A stretch of 64,000 nucleotides of DNA from a virus (taxonomy: Duplodnaviria > Caudoviricetes). Each line of letters begins with the position of its first letter. The stretch's first letter is position 1. This document shows positions 10,701 through 19,811 of this stretch, one piece after another. The notes beneath the pieces are model-generated. The model saw only the letters and a program-made list of their open reading frames with translations. It was not told the DNA's origin and searched no databases. The stretch lies in the IMG/VR virus record IMGVR_UViG_3300029928_000003; one strand, written 5' to 3'. A program made the position numbers and the translations under genes.

Positions 10701-10917
10701 ACAAAAAGGTACATCATATTTCACTTTTAATATTCCAAATAGTCAATGTGATAATTGTGGTTTTATTACTAAACATCCAATAAAAAAATGTCCTATATGT
10801 GGTAGTAATAATATTACTCAGTGGACAAGAACAATTGGATATTTAAGACCTATTAAAGCTATGGATTATTATAGGCAAATAGAAGCAAACAATAGAGTAT
10901 ATAGTAAAACAATTTAA
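7723..10917 (+). CDS. nrdD: Anaerobic (class III) ribonucleotide reductase with ATP cone and intein
   Basis: ATP cone (ITKRDG), finger-loop ASC|CRL after intein removal, CDNC/CPIC Zn site, RTIGYL glycyl-radical motif. Confidence 0.94.
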   Translation: MNITKRDGSIEKFDINKIINAVGKAYKSEGYTINDDIIDELKNLTTTYISDNISVEKIQDEVEQILMDNAPFDVAKAYITYREKHKQSRLIRERIDYMNKYSQSNDNAASSSETDGNSNVTIKNVANLEGEVYKTTNRIIQRQRMKDKLNEMFPEVAKQYEEDLNHHIIYTHDEASTPVLKNYCMAVSLYPLIEYGTSTMDGLKASAPKNLDSFCGQFVNLVFLLSSQCKGAVGFGEFFNFFDYYCAKEWGPNYHLKEDIIVDTDYVVNPKTIGQKIEQYFQQVVYSLNQPAGNRSYQSPFTNFNYFDSNYWHSLFDDFCFPDGSKPVWERVDFLQRKFMNWFNEERTKTLLTYPVESMCLLHDGKDVIDKSYKDLAAEMWSKGHSFFVYLSDNPDAVASCCFSKDTKFLWKSSTSEVHISTFKEFLDLPYKQTKENFKVFHNGSWIKGKIISLPNRQMYKVITYNNKEFIMSDNHINVTYDGEKRTEDLTTDDYLMFNTSTLSPVTENNEHLTYEQGLLIGLFLGDGTFGNYVCLDGSVHSFQLSLNKEKWEKVQNHLSKIGDFRLGTIYNNVYPIHCYNKELTTFIAKWTGNEPNKTSALNKSLNLDCFLQSVEFRRGILDGWYITDGGNSNRCYTISKHLVERMEALCTTLGLQTILNISDRTDEAVIIRGQEFNRNYPLYCLRWYVDANHRCNKTKDKSWKKKNNSIYWKIKSIEPIEYKDNIYCVQCDNQDEPYFTLPNGLITHNCRLRNEVVNNTFSSTTGLTGVQTGSVNVITLNLNRIVQDWYKEYNKSKDKFDLDTLKPSFKAYLLKILERVYKYQVAYKTMLFELEKQGMLTASKAGYISMKKLFSTIGVNGFNEMAQFMGLKVSNNTEYKDFIAYVFNIISTFCKEKSTKNYLFNLEVVPAESLGSKNYNWDKKDGYIVPNNEVLYNSYIYDAHDPNTSVLDKFVLQGGKVAKASSGGQALHCNLEDHLSKEQYLKLIEFAIQKGTSYFTFNIPNSQCDNCGFITKHPIKKCPICGSNNITQWTRTIGYLRPIKAMDYYRQIEANNRVYSKTI
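8926..9972 (+). mobile_element. Intein (349 aa) with LAGLIDADG endonuclease in NrdD
   Basis: Starts CFSKDT and ends ITHN followed by Cys; internal LIGLFLGDG and ILDGWYITDG motifs. Confidence 0.92.
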
Positions 10918-10923
10918 TAACTT

Positions 10924-10944
10924 AGGTCTGATATCAGACCTTTT
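10924..10944 (+). terminator. Probable terminator after nrdD
   Basis: Perfect palindrome AGGTCTGATATCAGACCT followed by TTT. Confidence 0.6.
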
Positions 10945-11184
10945 ATGTTATATATGATAGATATTATATTAACTTATTCTGATTGTGTAATAAAATTATA
11001 CAATGCAGATATAATAGCTATAGAAGATAATAAAGTTTATATAACTACTTCTGTAAATGTAGCGTTTAAGAATAGTATTACAGAAGAATTTAAAGAATAT
11101 AAATTAAATGAATTAGATCAATGTAAAAAGATTTATGAAGATGAATATTTATTTAATTATCCTATTAGAATTCAAATACTTTAA
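10945..11184 (+). CDS. Hypothetical protein
   Basis: ORF track, operon packing. Confidence 0.55.
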   Translation: MLYMIDIILTYSDCVIKLYNADIIAIEDNKVYITTSVNVAFKNSITEEFKEYKLNELDQCKKIYEDEYLFNYPIRIQIL

Positions 11185-11187
11185 TTT

Positions 11188-11751
11188 ATGATATTTTATC
11201 AAGTAAATAGTGACTATCGTATTTTTGATTATCTTATTAATAATGGTATTACTAAGTATGTATTTATTGATAAAGAATCAAAAGATTATGAAACTAGGAT
11301 GATTTTTAAAGAATATAATAAGAATATAAATTCTTATATATTTGAATCAGACAATGAAAAAGTAAGTATTCCTAAAGAAGAAATTAATAAAAGAGTTCCT
11401 TGTGGTAGACTTATTGTAAAAATACCTATACTTTGTTTGGGTGATTGGATTGCAGTTAAGAAAGATAAAGGAGTTGTATATACAAGAATAGATACTCCAA
11501 AAGATATTAATTTTTATTCTAATTCCGTTAATTGGAGAGTTCTTACAGATAAAGAACTTGAAGATTGTAGAAAATCTTGGAGAGTAAATATTACAACGTG
11601 TAAGACTATTGGAGACTTTAGAAATCTTAGAACTTATACAGATTTATTTACTAATGATATTCCTGTTAAAGTAGAAATAGAAGGTAAAGAATATGAAATA
11701 TCTTCAGTTACGCTTACAGAAAATGATATTACAATCAAAGTTAATCAATAA
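11188..11751 (+). CDS. Hypothetical protein
   Basis: 187-aa ORF, TAATG coupling to next gene. Confidence 0.7.
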   Translation: MIFYQVNSDYRIFDYLINNGITKYVFIDKESKDYETRMIFKEYNKNINSYIFESDNEKVSIPKEEINKRVPCGRLIVKIPILCLGDWIAVKKDKGVVYTRIDTPKDINFYSNSVNWRVLTDKELEDCRKSWRVNITTCKTIGDFRNLRTYTDLFTNDIPVKVEIEGKEYEISSVTLTENDITIKVNQ

Positions 11752-12071
11752 TGAAATTATTTGATATAGAAACTACAGAAGAAAATCTCCTATCTTTATA
11801 TCCAAAAATAGGAGATTGTTATAAATCTACTGATGGTAGTAAACATTATATTAAAGTACTTAATATATATGATAAAATAATAGAATATCAATGGATTACT
11901 ATTTGGAAAGATTCTAACTCTATAAGTATTGAAGTAAGTCAAACTCGAAGATTATTTATGGAAAAAGATAATCCAAATAGTTTTGTATATCCTATTATTT
12001 GTAATTTAGTAGAATATATTCCTACTGAAGAATATGATAAAATATATAATAAAATTAAAGCTTTGTGTTAA
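11751..12071 (+). CDS. Hypothetical protein
   Basis: 106-aa coupled ORF. Confidence 0.65.
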   Translation: MKLFDIETTEENLLSLYPKIGDCYKSTDGSKHYIKVLNIYDKIIEYQWITIWKDSNSISIEVSQTRRLFMEKDNPNSFVYPIICNLVEYIPTEEYDKIYNKIKALC

Positions 12072-12183
12072 TACTTATTTATAGTATAATTATAATAAAA
12101 GATACTGATATTTATAATACATTATTTAGCTTTTTAGAATAAGCACAAAAAAAATATAAACAGCAGGAAAAGATAAACTTATT

Positions 12184-12375
12184 ATGTTTGCTAGTCATAT
12201 TAGAGATTATAATCTGCCTCCTAATACTAAAGAGTTCTTCAATACTTGCTCTACAGAGTCTTTAATAGAGTATAGAAATGCTCTATTAGATATAAAAATG
12301 TGTTTAGATAAGTATCTTGATAATAATAAACTATACAATTTTAATCATGTTAAAAACAACAGTAAAAACAACTAA
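12184..12375 (+). CDS. Hypothetical protein
   Basis: ORF track. Confidence 0.5.
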   Translation: MFASHIRDYNLPPNTKEFFNTCSTESLIEYRNALLDIKMCLDKYLDNNKLYNFNHVKNNSKNN

Positions 12376-12517
12376 GAAAGCTTCTTTAGATTTATTAAAT
12401 AGAATTAATACATATCTATTTGAGCAGGAATATGATGAATTATCTGGAGTTAAACAAACAGATATTAAAAAACTTAAAGATGCTGCTAAAGTATTAGTTA
12501 ATATTATAAAGAAATAA
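12347..12517 (+). CDS. Hypothetical protein
   Basis: Likely start MLKTTVK; ends before a hairpin. Confidence 0.5.
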   Translation: MLKTTVKTTKKASLDLLNRINTYLFEQEYDELSGVKQTDIKKLKDAAKVLVNIIKK

Positions 12518-12535
12518 ATGTTACTAACCATTTCC

Positions 12536-12583
12536 ACCATATTATTCTCAATATTTTTATTGGGAGTAATATGGTTTTGTTTT
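12536..12583 (+). terminator. Probable rho-independent terminator
   Basis: ACCATATTATTCTCAATA / TATTGGGAGTAATATGGT stem followed by TTTGTTTT. Confidence 0.65.
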
Positions 12584-12587
12584 AATA

Positions 12588-13001
12588 ATGAAGACTAAAA
12601 AATTAATTCTTAAAAATACTTTTAGTACAGGTAATCATGGTTGGGGTAATGGGTATGTAGCTGTACCTCCAGAACATCCTTTATATGGTAAATCGTATAT
12701 GGATGAAGATTATCCTGATTTTAATGTACATGGTGGTATTACATTTACAGAACCTGCTGTTTATAATGAAACTACCTTTGTAAGTAAAACTAAAATTAGA
12801 GAGAAATATATAGGTAAGAGAGCATATCAACTACAATATGGCATTAGTCTTGATGGTGAAATACCTGATAATTGGTGGCTAATAGGATTTGATACTTGTC
12901 ATAGTAATGATACTAATCTTAATTGGCCTAAAGAAAGAGTTATTAATGAAACTAATTATTTACAAAAAAGAATAAATAATTTATTTAATAAAAATGAATA
13001 G
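12588..13001 (+). CDS. Conserved phage hypothetical protein
   Basis: GWGNGYVAVP.EHPLYG, VHGGITF, WWLIGFDTCH; only + arm gene found ending in TAG (backed by TGA at 13005-13007). Confidence 0.75.
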   Translation: MKTKKLILKNTFSTGNHGWGNGYVAVPPEHPLYGKSYMDEDYPDFNVHGGITFTEPAVYNETTFVSKTKIREKYIGKRAYQLQYGISLDGEIPDNWWLIGFDTCHSNDTNLNWPKERVINETNYLQKRINNLFNKNE

Positions 13002-13173
13002 TACTGAAGAATTAGTTATAATGGATTACAATACAGGGAGTATTATTATTTGTAAAAACCCACCAGAAGATAAAAATACAGAAGAAATTCTAAAACATTT
13101 AGGCTTAGATATTAATAATTGTACTGTTATGTTCTGTAATAACCCAAAAATTAATTACGTGAACTATGATTAA
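12994..13173 (+). CDS. Small hypothetical protein (59 aa; probable paralog of 917-1120)
   Basis: MNSTEELVIMDYNTGSIIIC...EEILKHLGLDINNCTVMF. Confidence 0.6.
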   Translation: MNSTEELVIMDYNTGSIIICKNPPEDKNTEEILKHLGLDINNCTVMFCNNPKINYVNYD

Positions 13174-13182
13174 TATAAAATT

Positions 13183-13473
13183 ATGGATATAAAAGATAAC
13201 ATTAAAGAATTTATCCAGAAAAGGAAAGATAGAAAACTATATAACAAAATAGCTAAATTTGATAAGAATAATATAAAAGAAATAATTCTTGAACAAATTG
13301 AAGATATTTGTGCAGATAGCTATGACGATGGTTATGAAGAAGGTTTTATGAAAGGTATGGAAATTGTAGCTCAATATATAGATTCACTATATGATACAAA
13401 GGATTCTTCTAAATCTGATATTATATTAAAAGAATTAAAAGACCTCCTAAAAAAATTAAACAATAATGAATAA
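13183..13473 (+). CDS. Hypothetical protein
   Basis: ORF track; YDDGYEEGFMKG helix motif. Confidence 0.6.
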   Translation: MDIKDNIKEFIQKRKDRKLYNKIAKFDKNNIKEIILEQIEDICADSYDDGYEEGFMKGMEIVAQYIDSLYDTKDSSKSDIILKELKDLLKKLNNNE

Positions 13474-13699
13474 TATAGAGTTCAGTAAAACCGATTCTGA
13501 AGCATATAATTGGATTGTAAATAATCTTGATAAGCTTTCAGATAAAGACTTTACAAAAGTTCAAAATATAATGACCAGACTTTATAATATCGATTCTAGA
13601 TTATCAATGCTTAAAGCATTAGAATACAATCTATCCCATAGTGCAATTAAAGTATTAGTTAATCTTAAAAACGAATATAATAATTTAAAAAATAAATGA
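13466..13699 (+). CDS. Hypothetical protein
   Basis: Overlapping coupled ORF. Confidence 0.55.
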   Translation: MNNIEFSKTDSEAYNWIVNNLDKLSDKDFTKVQNIMTRLYNIDSRLSMLKALEYNLSHSAIKVLVNLKNEYNNLKNK

Positions 13700-14079
13700 G
13701 CATAGACGAACAAATTAAGATTTTACAAGCCTATAAGAACGGCAAGCCAATTGAAATAGAAGTCTTTGATAATGGATATTATTTATGGATAACATTGAAT
13801 GCTGATAAAGATTATACCTTTGATTTCAGGAATAATAACTATCGTATTAAGCAAAAACCTAAAATTCGTCCTTATAAAGATGCTAAAGAATTCTTAGAAG
13901 CAAGTAAGGAACATGGGCTATTCATTGATACCTTCCCCCTTCAGTTGAGCAACTGCTACAACTTACCTATTTATGTAAGTCCTGACGGTGTGAGGTTTGT
14001 TCATAGAGCATATTCGTTTTCAGAGATAAAGAAATATCATTGGCAAGATGGCACACCCTGTGGGGTAGAGGGGGATTGA
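13696..14079 (+). CDS. Conserved phage hypothetical protein
   Basis: IKILQAYKNGKPIE...YRIKQKPKIRPY...WQDGTPCG. Confidence 0.7.
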   Translation: MSIDEQIKILQAYKNGKPIEIEVFDNGYYLWITLNADKDYTFDFRNNNYRIKQKPKIRPYKDAKEFLEASKEHGLFIDTFPLQLSNCYNLPIYVSPDGVRFVHRAYSFSEIKKYHWQDGTPCGVEGD

Positions 14080-14116
14080 TTATTACAACAGAAACTAAAT
14101 AAAATATCAAAAGAAA

Positions 14117-14332
14117 ATGAAGAAAATAATAATACATTGTAACTATATTCAAGGCTTTATCAGAAATGGACATTTAGAATTAGAACTTTCAGATGAAGAA
14201 TTCAAAAAGTTTGAAGTATTATCCAAGAAAGATAAAATTGATTGGATTAAAGAAGATGGAGAATTATACATAGACTCTTATAGAGTAGAAGACTATGAAG
14301 TAGGTGACGAAATTGAAATTCTAAATTCGTAA
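14117..14332 (+). CDS. Hypothetical protein
   Basis: ORF track. Confidence 0.6.
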   Translation: MKKIIIHCNYIQGFIRNGHLELELSDEEFKKFEVLSKKDKIDWIKEDGELYIDSYRVEDYEVGDEIEILNS

Positions 14333-14336
14333 AATA

Positions 14337-14606
14337 ATGGAAACAGCAAACGCATCAATTAGAAAAATATTCATCAGCGGTAATATCCTCGATGAAACAC
14401 TTAATGCAATTATGAAAAATGGATTTGAATGCTCAATAGTACCAAATGGTGGAGGATTTACTATTACTTATGATGACAACAATTTAAGATTCCAAGAACG
14501 CTTGTTAGAGCAAAAGGAAAAGGAATATAATGAAGTCTCCAACAAAGTGTTCGCGTTGCGAAAAGAGTATTCTGAACTAATGAAGAAATTAAAAAAAGAT
14601 GTATAA
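14337..14606 (+). CDS. Hypothetical protein with coiled-coil C-terminus
   Basis: ORF track. Confidence 0.6.
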   Translation: METANASIRKIFISGNILDETLNAIMKNGFECSIVPNGGGFTITYDDNNLRFQERLLEQKEKEYNEVSNKVFALRKEYSELMKKLKKDV

Positions 14607-14865
14607 TAAATTAATTAAAGATGGTTATAAACTATTATTAGATACTCCTACTGTACATATTTATTATAAGTGGTTTGATAATCTTAAAGTAGAAATTATA
14701 ATAGAAGATGAAACTGAAGAATGTGCAGAAGATATTAGATGTCATATTGATGATGATAAAGGTATATCTTTAGGAGATTTAACAGTTAATAACTATAAAG
14801 AATGTAAGAGATTTATTAAATTTGTATCTGAACTAATTAAAGATAGAAATGCTGAAATACACTGA
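14599..14865 (+). CDS. Hypothetical protein
   Basis: Overlapping coupled ORF. Confidence 0.6.
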   Translation: MYNKLIKDGYKLLLDTPTVHIYYKWFDNLKVEIIIEDETEECAEDIRCHIDDDKGISLGDLTVNNYKECKRFIKFVSELIKDRNAEIH

Positions 14866-15322
14866 TAGTCAAGTTACATTTAGTGAAGTACCAGATGAAA
14901 TATCTTTATGTATTAATATAAGTAATTGTCCTAATAATTGTCCAGGATGCCACTCTAGCTACTTAAAGAATGATATTGGTACTTTATTAAGTAAAGAAAA
15001 ATTATCTCGTCTTATAGAAACTAATCAAGGAATTAGTTGTGTCTGTATTATGGGAGGAGATTCAGAGCCTAAAGAAGTAAATAACATAGCTAAATTTATT
15101 AGAGATAAATATAAGCTTAAAACTACTTGGTATAGTGGCAATACTGAATTAAGTAAAGATATAGATATTAGTAATTTCGATTTTATTAAGATTGGGCCTT
15201 ATGATAGAAATAAAGGCCCGTTGAATAATCCTAATACTAATCAAAAGTTTTATGAAGTAGTTACTATGTCTACTGGTAAACAAAAACTTCATGATATAAC
15301 ATTTAAATTTTGGAGAAAATGA
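14849..15322 (+). CDS. nrdG: Anaerobic ribonucleotide reductase activating enzyme (radical SAM)
   Basis: EVPDEISL, CPNNCPGCHS (CxxxCxxC), MGGD, KIGPY...TNQKF. Confidence 0.9.
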   Translation: MLKYTDSQVTFSEVPDEISLCINISNCPNNCPGCHSSYLKNDIGTLLSKEKLSRLIETNQGISCVCIMGGDSEPKEVNNIAKFIRDKYKLKTTWYSGNTELSKDIDISNFDFIKIGPYDRNKGPLNNPNTNQKFYEVVTMSTGKQKLHDITFKFWRK

Positions 15323-15462
15323 CATTTATAATTCATTTTAAAGACGGTCATAGAGAGCAATATTCTAATCGATATGATGAGGATGATGAACAAGAAAGAG
15401 ATGCTGCATGGGATGATGTATATATGACATTTCCAGAAGCTGATTATATTGAATCTTTTTAA
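15319..15462 (+). CDS. Small acidic protein (47 aa)
   Basis: ATGA-coupled to nrdG; MTFIIHFKDGHREQYSNRYDEDDEQERDAAWDDVY... Confidence 0.55.
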   Translation: MTFIIHFKDGHREQYSNRYDEDDEQERDAAWDDVYMTFPEADYIESF

Positions 15463-15464
15463 TT

Positions 15465-15677
15465 ATGATAGAGATTAAAAGACTTGATGGTTGGAAATTA
15501 AATCCTAATGATAGAGTAGTTAATGCTATTCTGCGTAGAGCTGAAAAGAATAATGGAATCTGTCCTTGTATTCATACTACACCAGAATATAAAAGTAAAG
15601 ATTTACATTGTCCTTGTACAGATTATACAGAAAGAAATAATTGTATTTGTGGTTTATATATAAAAGATGGGAACTAA
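15465..15677 (+). CDS. Ferredoxin-thioredoxin reductase catalytic (beta) subunit-like protein
   Basis: LNPN...CPC...CPC...CICGLY matches the FTR CPC/CPC/CxC Fe-S and disulfide layout. Confidence 0.75.
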   Translation: MIEIKRLDGWKLNPNDRVVNAILRRAEKNNGICPCIHTTPEYKSKDLHCPCTDYTERNNCICGLYIKDGN

Positions 15678-16140
15678 TTTTTATTTAAAAAGAAAAATAA
15701 ACGAATCTACCAAAAAAGTTCTTAAAGATTGTATTGATAAAGATGATATAGATACAGTAAGAAGTATTCTTAATGATTATAAAGATATTCATATAGGTAA
15801 AAGAAGTGCTGGTTGGAAATTCTTATGGGATGCTCATTATTTTAAATATTTTGAACCAAATAAAGATAGTATTTTAAGATGGTTAATGTCTGGAATAATT
15901 TATGACGAATACGGAAGAACATTTGATATAAATGACTTTCTTTATAAAGAATTAGATGGCTTTATAGATAAAGGATATGATATAGAAAGCTTCTATGATA
16001 AAGAAGCTCCTAATTATAGTTTAGATTCAAACATAAAGGAATTTAAAAGAAGGGTTAGTGATAAATATCCTGCTATAAATAAGTATGGAGAATTTTATAT
16101 TGATAATTTAAGGTTTACTGTAAATGAAGATTTTTCTTAA
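15667..16140 (+). CDS. Conserved phage hypothetical protein
   Basis: MGTNFY...IHIGKRSAGWKFLW...IYDEYG...FS. Confidence 0.75.
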   Translation: MGTNFYLKRKINESTKKVLKDCIDKDDIDTVRSILNDYKDIHIGKRSAGWKFLWDAHYFKYFEPNKDSILRWLMSGIIYDEYGRTFDINDFLYKELDGFIDKGYDIESFYDKEAPNYSLDSNIKEFKRRVSDKYPAINKYGEFYIDNLRFTVNEDFS

Positions 16141-16142
16141 AT

Positions 16143-16385
16143 ATGAAAACTAAATTAGTAAATATTAAAGTAACTGTACCTATTGATACAGATTTCTATA
16201 TAGAAGTTTCTGAAAAAGAAACTAAAGAAAATATAATTGAACGTGCTAAGCAAGAAGTAAAATTTCCAACAGAATATCCTTTTATATTAGATAAGTATCT
16301 TAAAAGAAGAGGTATTAATATTGTTGGATTGGATAGTATGTTAAAATCTTGGAATCTTGGGGAAGTAAAGTATGAAGTCATTTAA
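16143..16385 (+). CDS. Hypothetical protein
   Basis: ORF track. Confidence 0.6.
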   Translation: MKTKLVNIKVTVPIDTDFYIEVSEKETKENIIERAKQEVKFPTEYPFILDKYLKRRGINIVGLDSMLKSWNLGEVKYEVI

Positions 16386-16673
16386 TATTATTATAGAAGA
16401 TAATGGGATATTCAAATCATACAATATAATTCCTACTTTATTAAAAGTATGTAAGAATATAAAGATTTAAAGGTAAAGTAGAAAAAAAGATTGATGTATA
16501 CGATCAAGTGATAATGAATCTTGATATAATTGTTGATATATTAAAAGAAGAGCTTAATGAATGAATTTCAATATTATGTTTAATAATATTTATATTCTTT
16601 CTAGATTATAGAGTTGAAAGAAGAATTAAGTTTTTAGAAAATGATATTGAAGAACTTAAAGAAAAAATAAATA

Positions 16674-17009
16674 ATGAAGATAAACTTTAATTATAAATTT
16701 AAAATTAAGAATCCTGTAGTAATATGTTATATAAGTATTGCTAGTTCTAGATTTTATCTTACTGCTAGAGCAAAAGCATTTTGTTCTGAACATGATTCTT
16801 TTAATATTGAAAAAGGTAAAGAACTAGCTTTAGCTAGAGCTAAAGAATTAGTAATAAAGAAAAGCATCAAAAAACTTCACAGGGATAGAATTAAACTTAA
16901 TAAATCTAGATTTACGTTAGATTCAGATATATTAGATATGTATCGTATGTCTGACTCTATCAATAAACACAGAACTAATATTGAACATAATTATGGGTTG
17001 GAGTACTGA
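16674..17009 (+). CDS. Hypothetical protein
   Basis: AKAFCSEHDSFNIEKGKELALARA motif typical of small phage proteins. Confidence 0.65.
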   Translation: MKINFNYKFKIKNPVVICYISIASSRFYLTARAKAFCSEHDSFNIEKGKELALARAKELVIKKSIKKLHRDRIKLNKSRFTLDSDILDMYRMSDSINKHRTNIEHNYGLEY

Positions 17010-17403
17010 ATTATTTTGTAATATATCCTTTAATAAGGAAACTTTTAGTAGTAAGTTTGAAGTAGAAGATAAAATTGATGAAATCAAACAATACATACAA
17101 ACTTGTAAAGATACATTACGGGATTTAGCAATAATGACCGAACCTGAAAAGATGTTTAATAAAACAGAAGATAAACCAATTTATTATTGTGTATCAGATG
17201 AGTTTGAATCTCAATTTAGTCTGCTCCAAGAATATTATGTAGATTTATACAAATTAGAATTACTTTTAGATAATTGGGATAATTGTCATACTAAAGATGG
17301 TTTAGCAATAGATCCTCCAGATAATATTGAATGGGGTACTGCTTATCTTAGCGGAGATTTTATTAAAAGTGTAAAATATCCTAATAGATCTGATAAGTTT
17401 TAA
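16993..17403 (+). CDS. Hypothetical protein
   Basis: Likely start MGWSTEL. Confidence 0.65.
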   Translation: MGWSTELFCNISFNKETFSSKFEVEDKIDEIKQYIQTCKDTLRDLAIMTEPEKMFNKTEDKPIYYCVSDEFESQFSLLQEYYVDLYKLELLLDNWDNCHTKDGLAIDPPDNIEWGTAYLSGDFIKSVKYPNRSDKF

Positions 17404-17443
17404 TAGATTATATTGATTTTTACTTTTTAAATATTTTTTAATT

Positions 17444-17650
17444 ATGAACAAGAATTTTGATAATGTAATGGATGTTAATGAAGACGTATTGAATGTAATA
17501 GCTGAGGAAAAGGAATTTGCCACCAGAGTAATGGATTATCCTTCTGATTATGAACCAGAATGTGATGAAAATGGGCTTGATGCTTATCTGGCAGATAAAG
17601 CATACGAAGCAGAATTTATAGATTCTTCTGATAATGATATAGACTTCTAA
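17444..17650 (+). CDS. Small acidic hypothetical protein
   Basis: D/E-rich 68-aa ORF abutting next gene. Confidence 0.6.
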   Translation: MNKNFDNVMDVNEDVLNVIAEEKEFATRVMDYPSDYEPECDENGLDAYLADKAYEAEFIDSSDNDIDF

Positions 17651-19273
17651 ATGAAATTAAATTCTACAAAAATGGGTATTTGGTTTACTTCAGATACCCA
17701 TTTTTATCATAAAAACATTATTAAGTTTACTAATAGACCTTGGAATACAGTAGAAGAAATGAATAATGCATTAATTAACAATTGGAATGAAGTTGTTAAA
17801 CCTAATGATACTGTATTTCATTTAGGAGACTTTGCTTTTACTTCTAATGGTAATTGGAAAAAACTTATTAATGAATTAAATGGAAAAATCTATCTTATAT
17901 TAGGAAATCATAAAATTTACGAATTTTAACAAGGAAACCTGAGGAAACCTAATTATATTTGCGCTGTAATAAATTTATTATTTTATGAGACAGCACAAAT
18001 TAAACATTGATTATTTTAATGAGATTAATTCTCATGAGAAGGCGTATGTATTAGGTTTCTTATATGCAGATGGATCAAATAGGGGAGATGGTATAATATT
18101 TTCACAGAATGTTGAAAGAATAGATATTCTTGAGAAGATAAAGAAGGCTTTAGATTCTGAAGCTCCTATTAGAGAACGAGTTTCAGGACTTTTTGTTCTT
18201 GAACTGTTTAGCAAAAAAAATGGTTAAGGACGTTGAACGGCTAGGTGTTGTTAGAAACAAGTTCCTAATATTACAATTTCCAACTAAAGAGTTGGTTCCA
18301 GAGGAGTTTATGTCTTCTTTTATTCTCGGATATTTTGACGGAGATGGATGCATTTGGAACGGTAAGAGAAAGAAAATGATAGTTAAAGATTCTTCACGCA
18401 AAGAAGGATTTAGAGAAAGGATAGTACATAATGTAAAATTTACTTTTACTGGATGTGTATCCTTTATTGCTCCTCTACAAGAGTATTTGGTTAAGGTAGG
18501 TATAGTAAAGAGAAAAACTAAATTAAACTACTCCAAAGCAAAGAATCCAAATAATTCTACTTGTGACAAAGTGTGTACTATGGAGTACTCTGGCAGAGGA
18601 CAGATAAAGAATCTCTATGAGTATATGTATTCAAAAGCCCCTATTTGGTGCAATGAAAAGAAGTTAAAATTTGAAAAAATATTTTGTGCTTCAGATGAGA
18701 AATCACCTGTAGAAACTGTGTTAACTGAGGAAACGGCTGAGAGGCTAATCCTCAACCAAGCCTCTAATGTGGAGGAAGGCTCATCGACTATCCCTGAGAT
18801 GGGAGTAGGACCAAGTGGCCCGAAATACACAGCCCCTAACGAGCAAAGTCAAGGGTGTGAGATAGTCAGTTCTCATATGAATAAGGAAGTATGAGCTATG
18901 GGTATGAAATACCCTATCGGTACTAGTCTAACGAACTAGTATAAACACCAAGGACGAATTACATAGTCCAGGTAAATATGTATTAGATTTATTTGAAGGG
19001 GTATACAATCAATTGTTAATTAAAATTGATAATAGAAAAGTATATTTAAATCATTATCCTTTTCTTTGTTATGCTGGAACATATAGAGGTAAAGATTATA
19101 ATACAATACAATTATTTGGACATGTACATAGTAATAAAGAAAATACTCATGGTAAAGATAAAGATAGATTAAAATATTTATTTCCTACTCAATATGATGT
19201 AGGAGTAGATAATAATAATTATTATCCAGTATCTTGGAATCAAATATTAGAAATTATAAATAAATATGGCTAA
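17651..19273 (+). CDS. Calcineurin-like metallophosphoesterase split by a group I intron (exons 17651-17911, 18953-19273; ~193 aa)
   Basis: DTH, GD, GNH|D (restored by splicing), NHYP, GHVH motifs. Confidence 0.88.
17954..17961 (+). promoter_or_regulatory. Possible intron-internal TAnnTTTG promoter for the endonuclease
   Basis: TATATTTG about 24 nt upstream of the endonuclease ATG. Confidence 0.45.
17985..18894 (+). pseudogene. Two-motif LAGLIDADG homing endonuclease frameshifted at an A8 run (18213-18220)
   Basis: VLGFLYADGS in the first ORF, ILGYFDGDG in the second; deleting one A joins them. Confidence 0.8.
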
Positions 19274-19565
19274 CGTTTGTAATAATACACTTAAAGTATA
19301 TTCTGATAATGAAAAGAATTTAGATTATGTATGTAAATTCTTTGATAATCCAAATATCAATTCAATTAGAGAGTGGATAGATAATAACGAAATAGAATTT
19401 TATTTTGATTCAAAATGGATATTTCCAGAAGAATTAATGAATAAATTATATGAAGGATTACCAGATAAAAGTGATATTGATATGACCTGTTTATCAGTAG
19501 AACAAACTAATTTATATTGTGAATTTCATACTTGTGATGAAGAAGGTTGGCATTCAATAAGGTAA
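19266..19565 (+). CDS. YubB/DUF1281-like ferredoxin-fold protein (tentative)
   Basis: MANVCNN.L...FDSKW..P pattern. Confidence 0.5.
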   Translation: MANVCNNTLKVYSDNEKNLDYVCKFFDNPNINSIREWIDNNEIEFYFDSKWIFPEELMNKLYEGLPDKSDIDMTCLSVEQTNLYCEFHTCDEEGWHSIR

Positions 19566-19568
19566 TTT

Positions 19569-19811
19569 ATGAAAATAGTTTATAGTACTGGTTGCATTTC
19601 AGAAGGAATTACAATTGATAATAAAAATTATAATTCTTATTCTAAAGAGGAAATAAAAAAGATTCTTCATAAAATGTTAGATAAGGTAGATAATATCGCA
19701 GACTTACAAGAAATTATGAGTAATCTATGTGAGATAGTAGGTTATTGTAAAGATCTTGGGCAATGCGAACAATGCGGAGATTGGGTGTATGATTATACTG
19801 TAGAATTATGA
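19569..19811 (+). CDS. Hypothetical protein with C-terminal CxxC
   Basis: STGC...CEQCGD. Confidence 0.6.
   Translation: MKIVYSTGCISEGITIDNKNYNSYSKEEIKKILHKMLDKVDNIADLQEIMSNLCEIVGYCKDLGQCEQCGDWVYDYTVEL

Larger units (their letters stand above)
17912..18952 (+). mobile_element. Group I intron with LAGLIDADG endonuclease
   Basis: Exon ends in U (CAT), intron ends in G; core-like elements TTAACTGAGGAAAC, AATCCTCAACC, GCTCATCGACTA, GAGATAGTCA. Confidence 0.85.

Noticed and set aside
17651-17929. Phosphoesterase as a truncated 92-aa gene plus a separate 19013-19273 gene
   Set aside because: The two parts join through canonical group I junctions to restore GNHD
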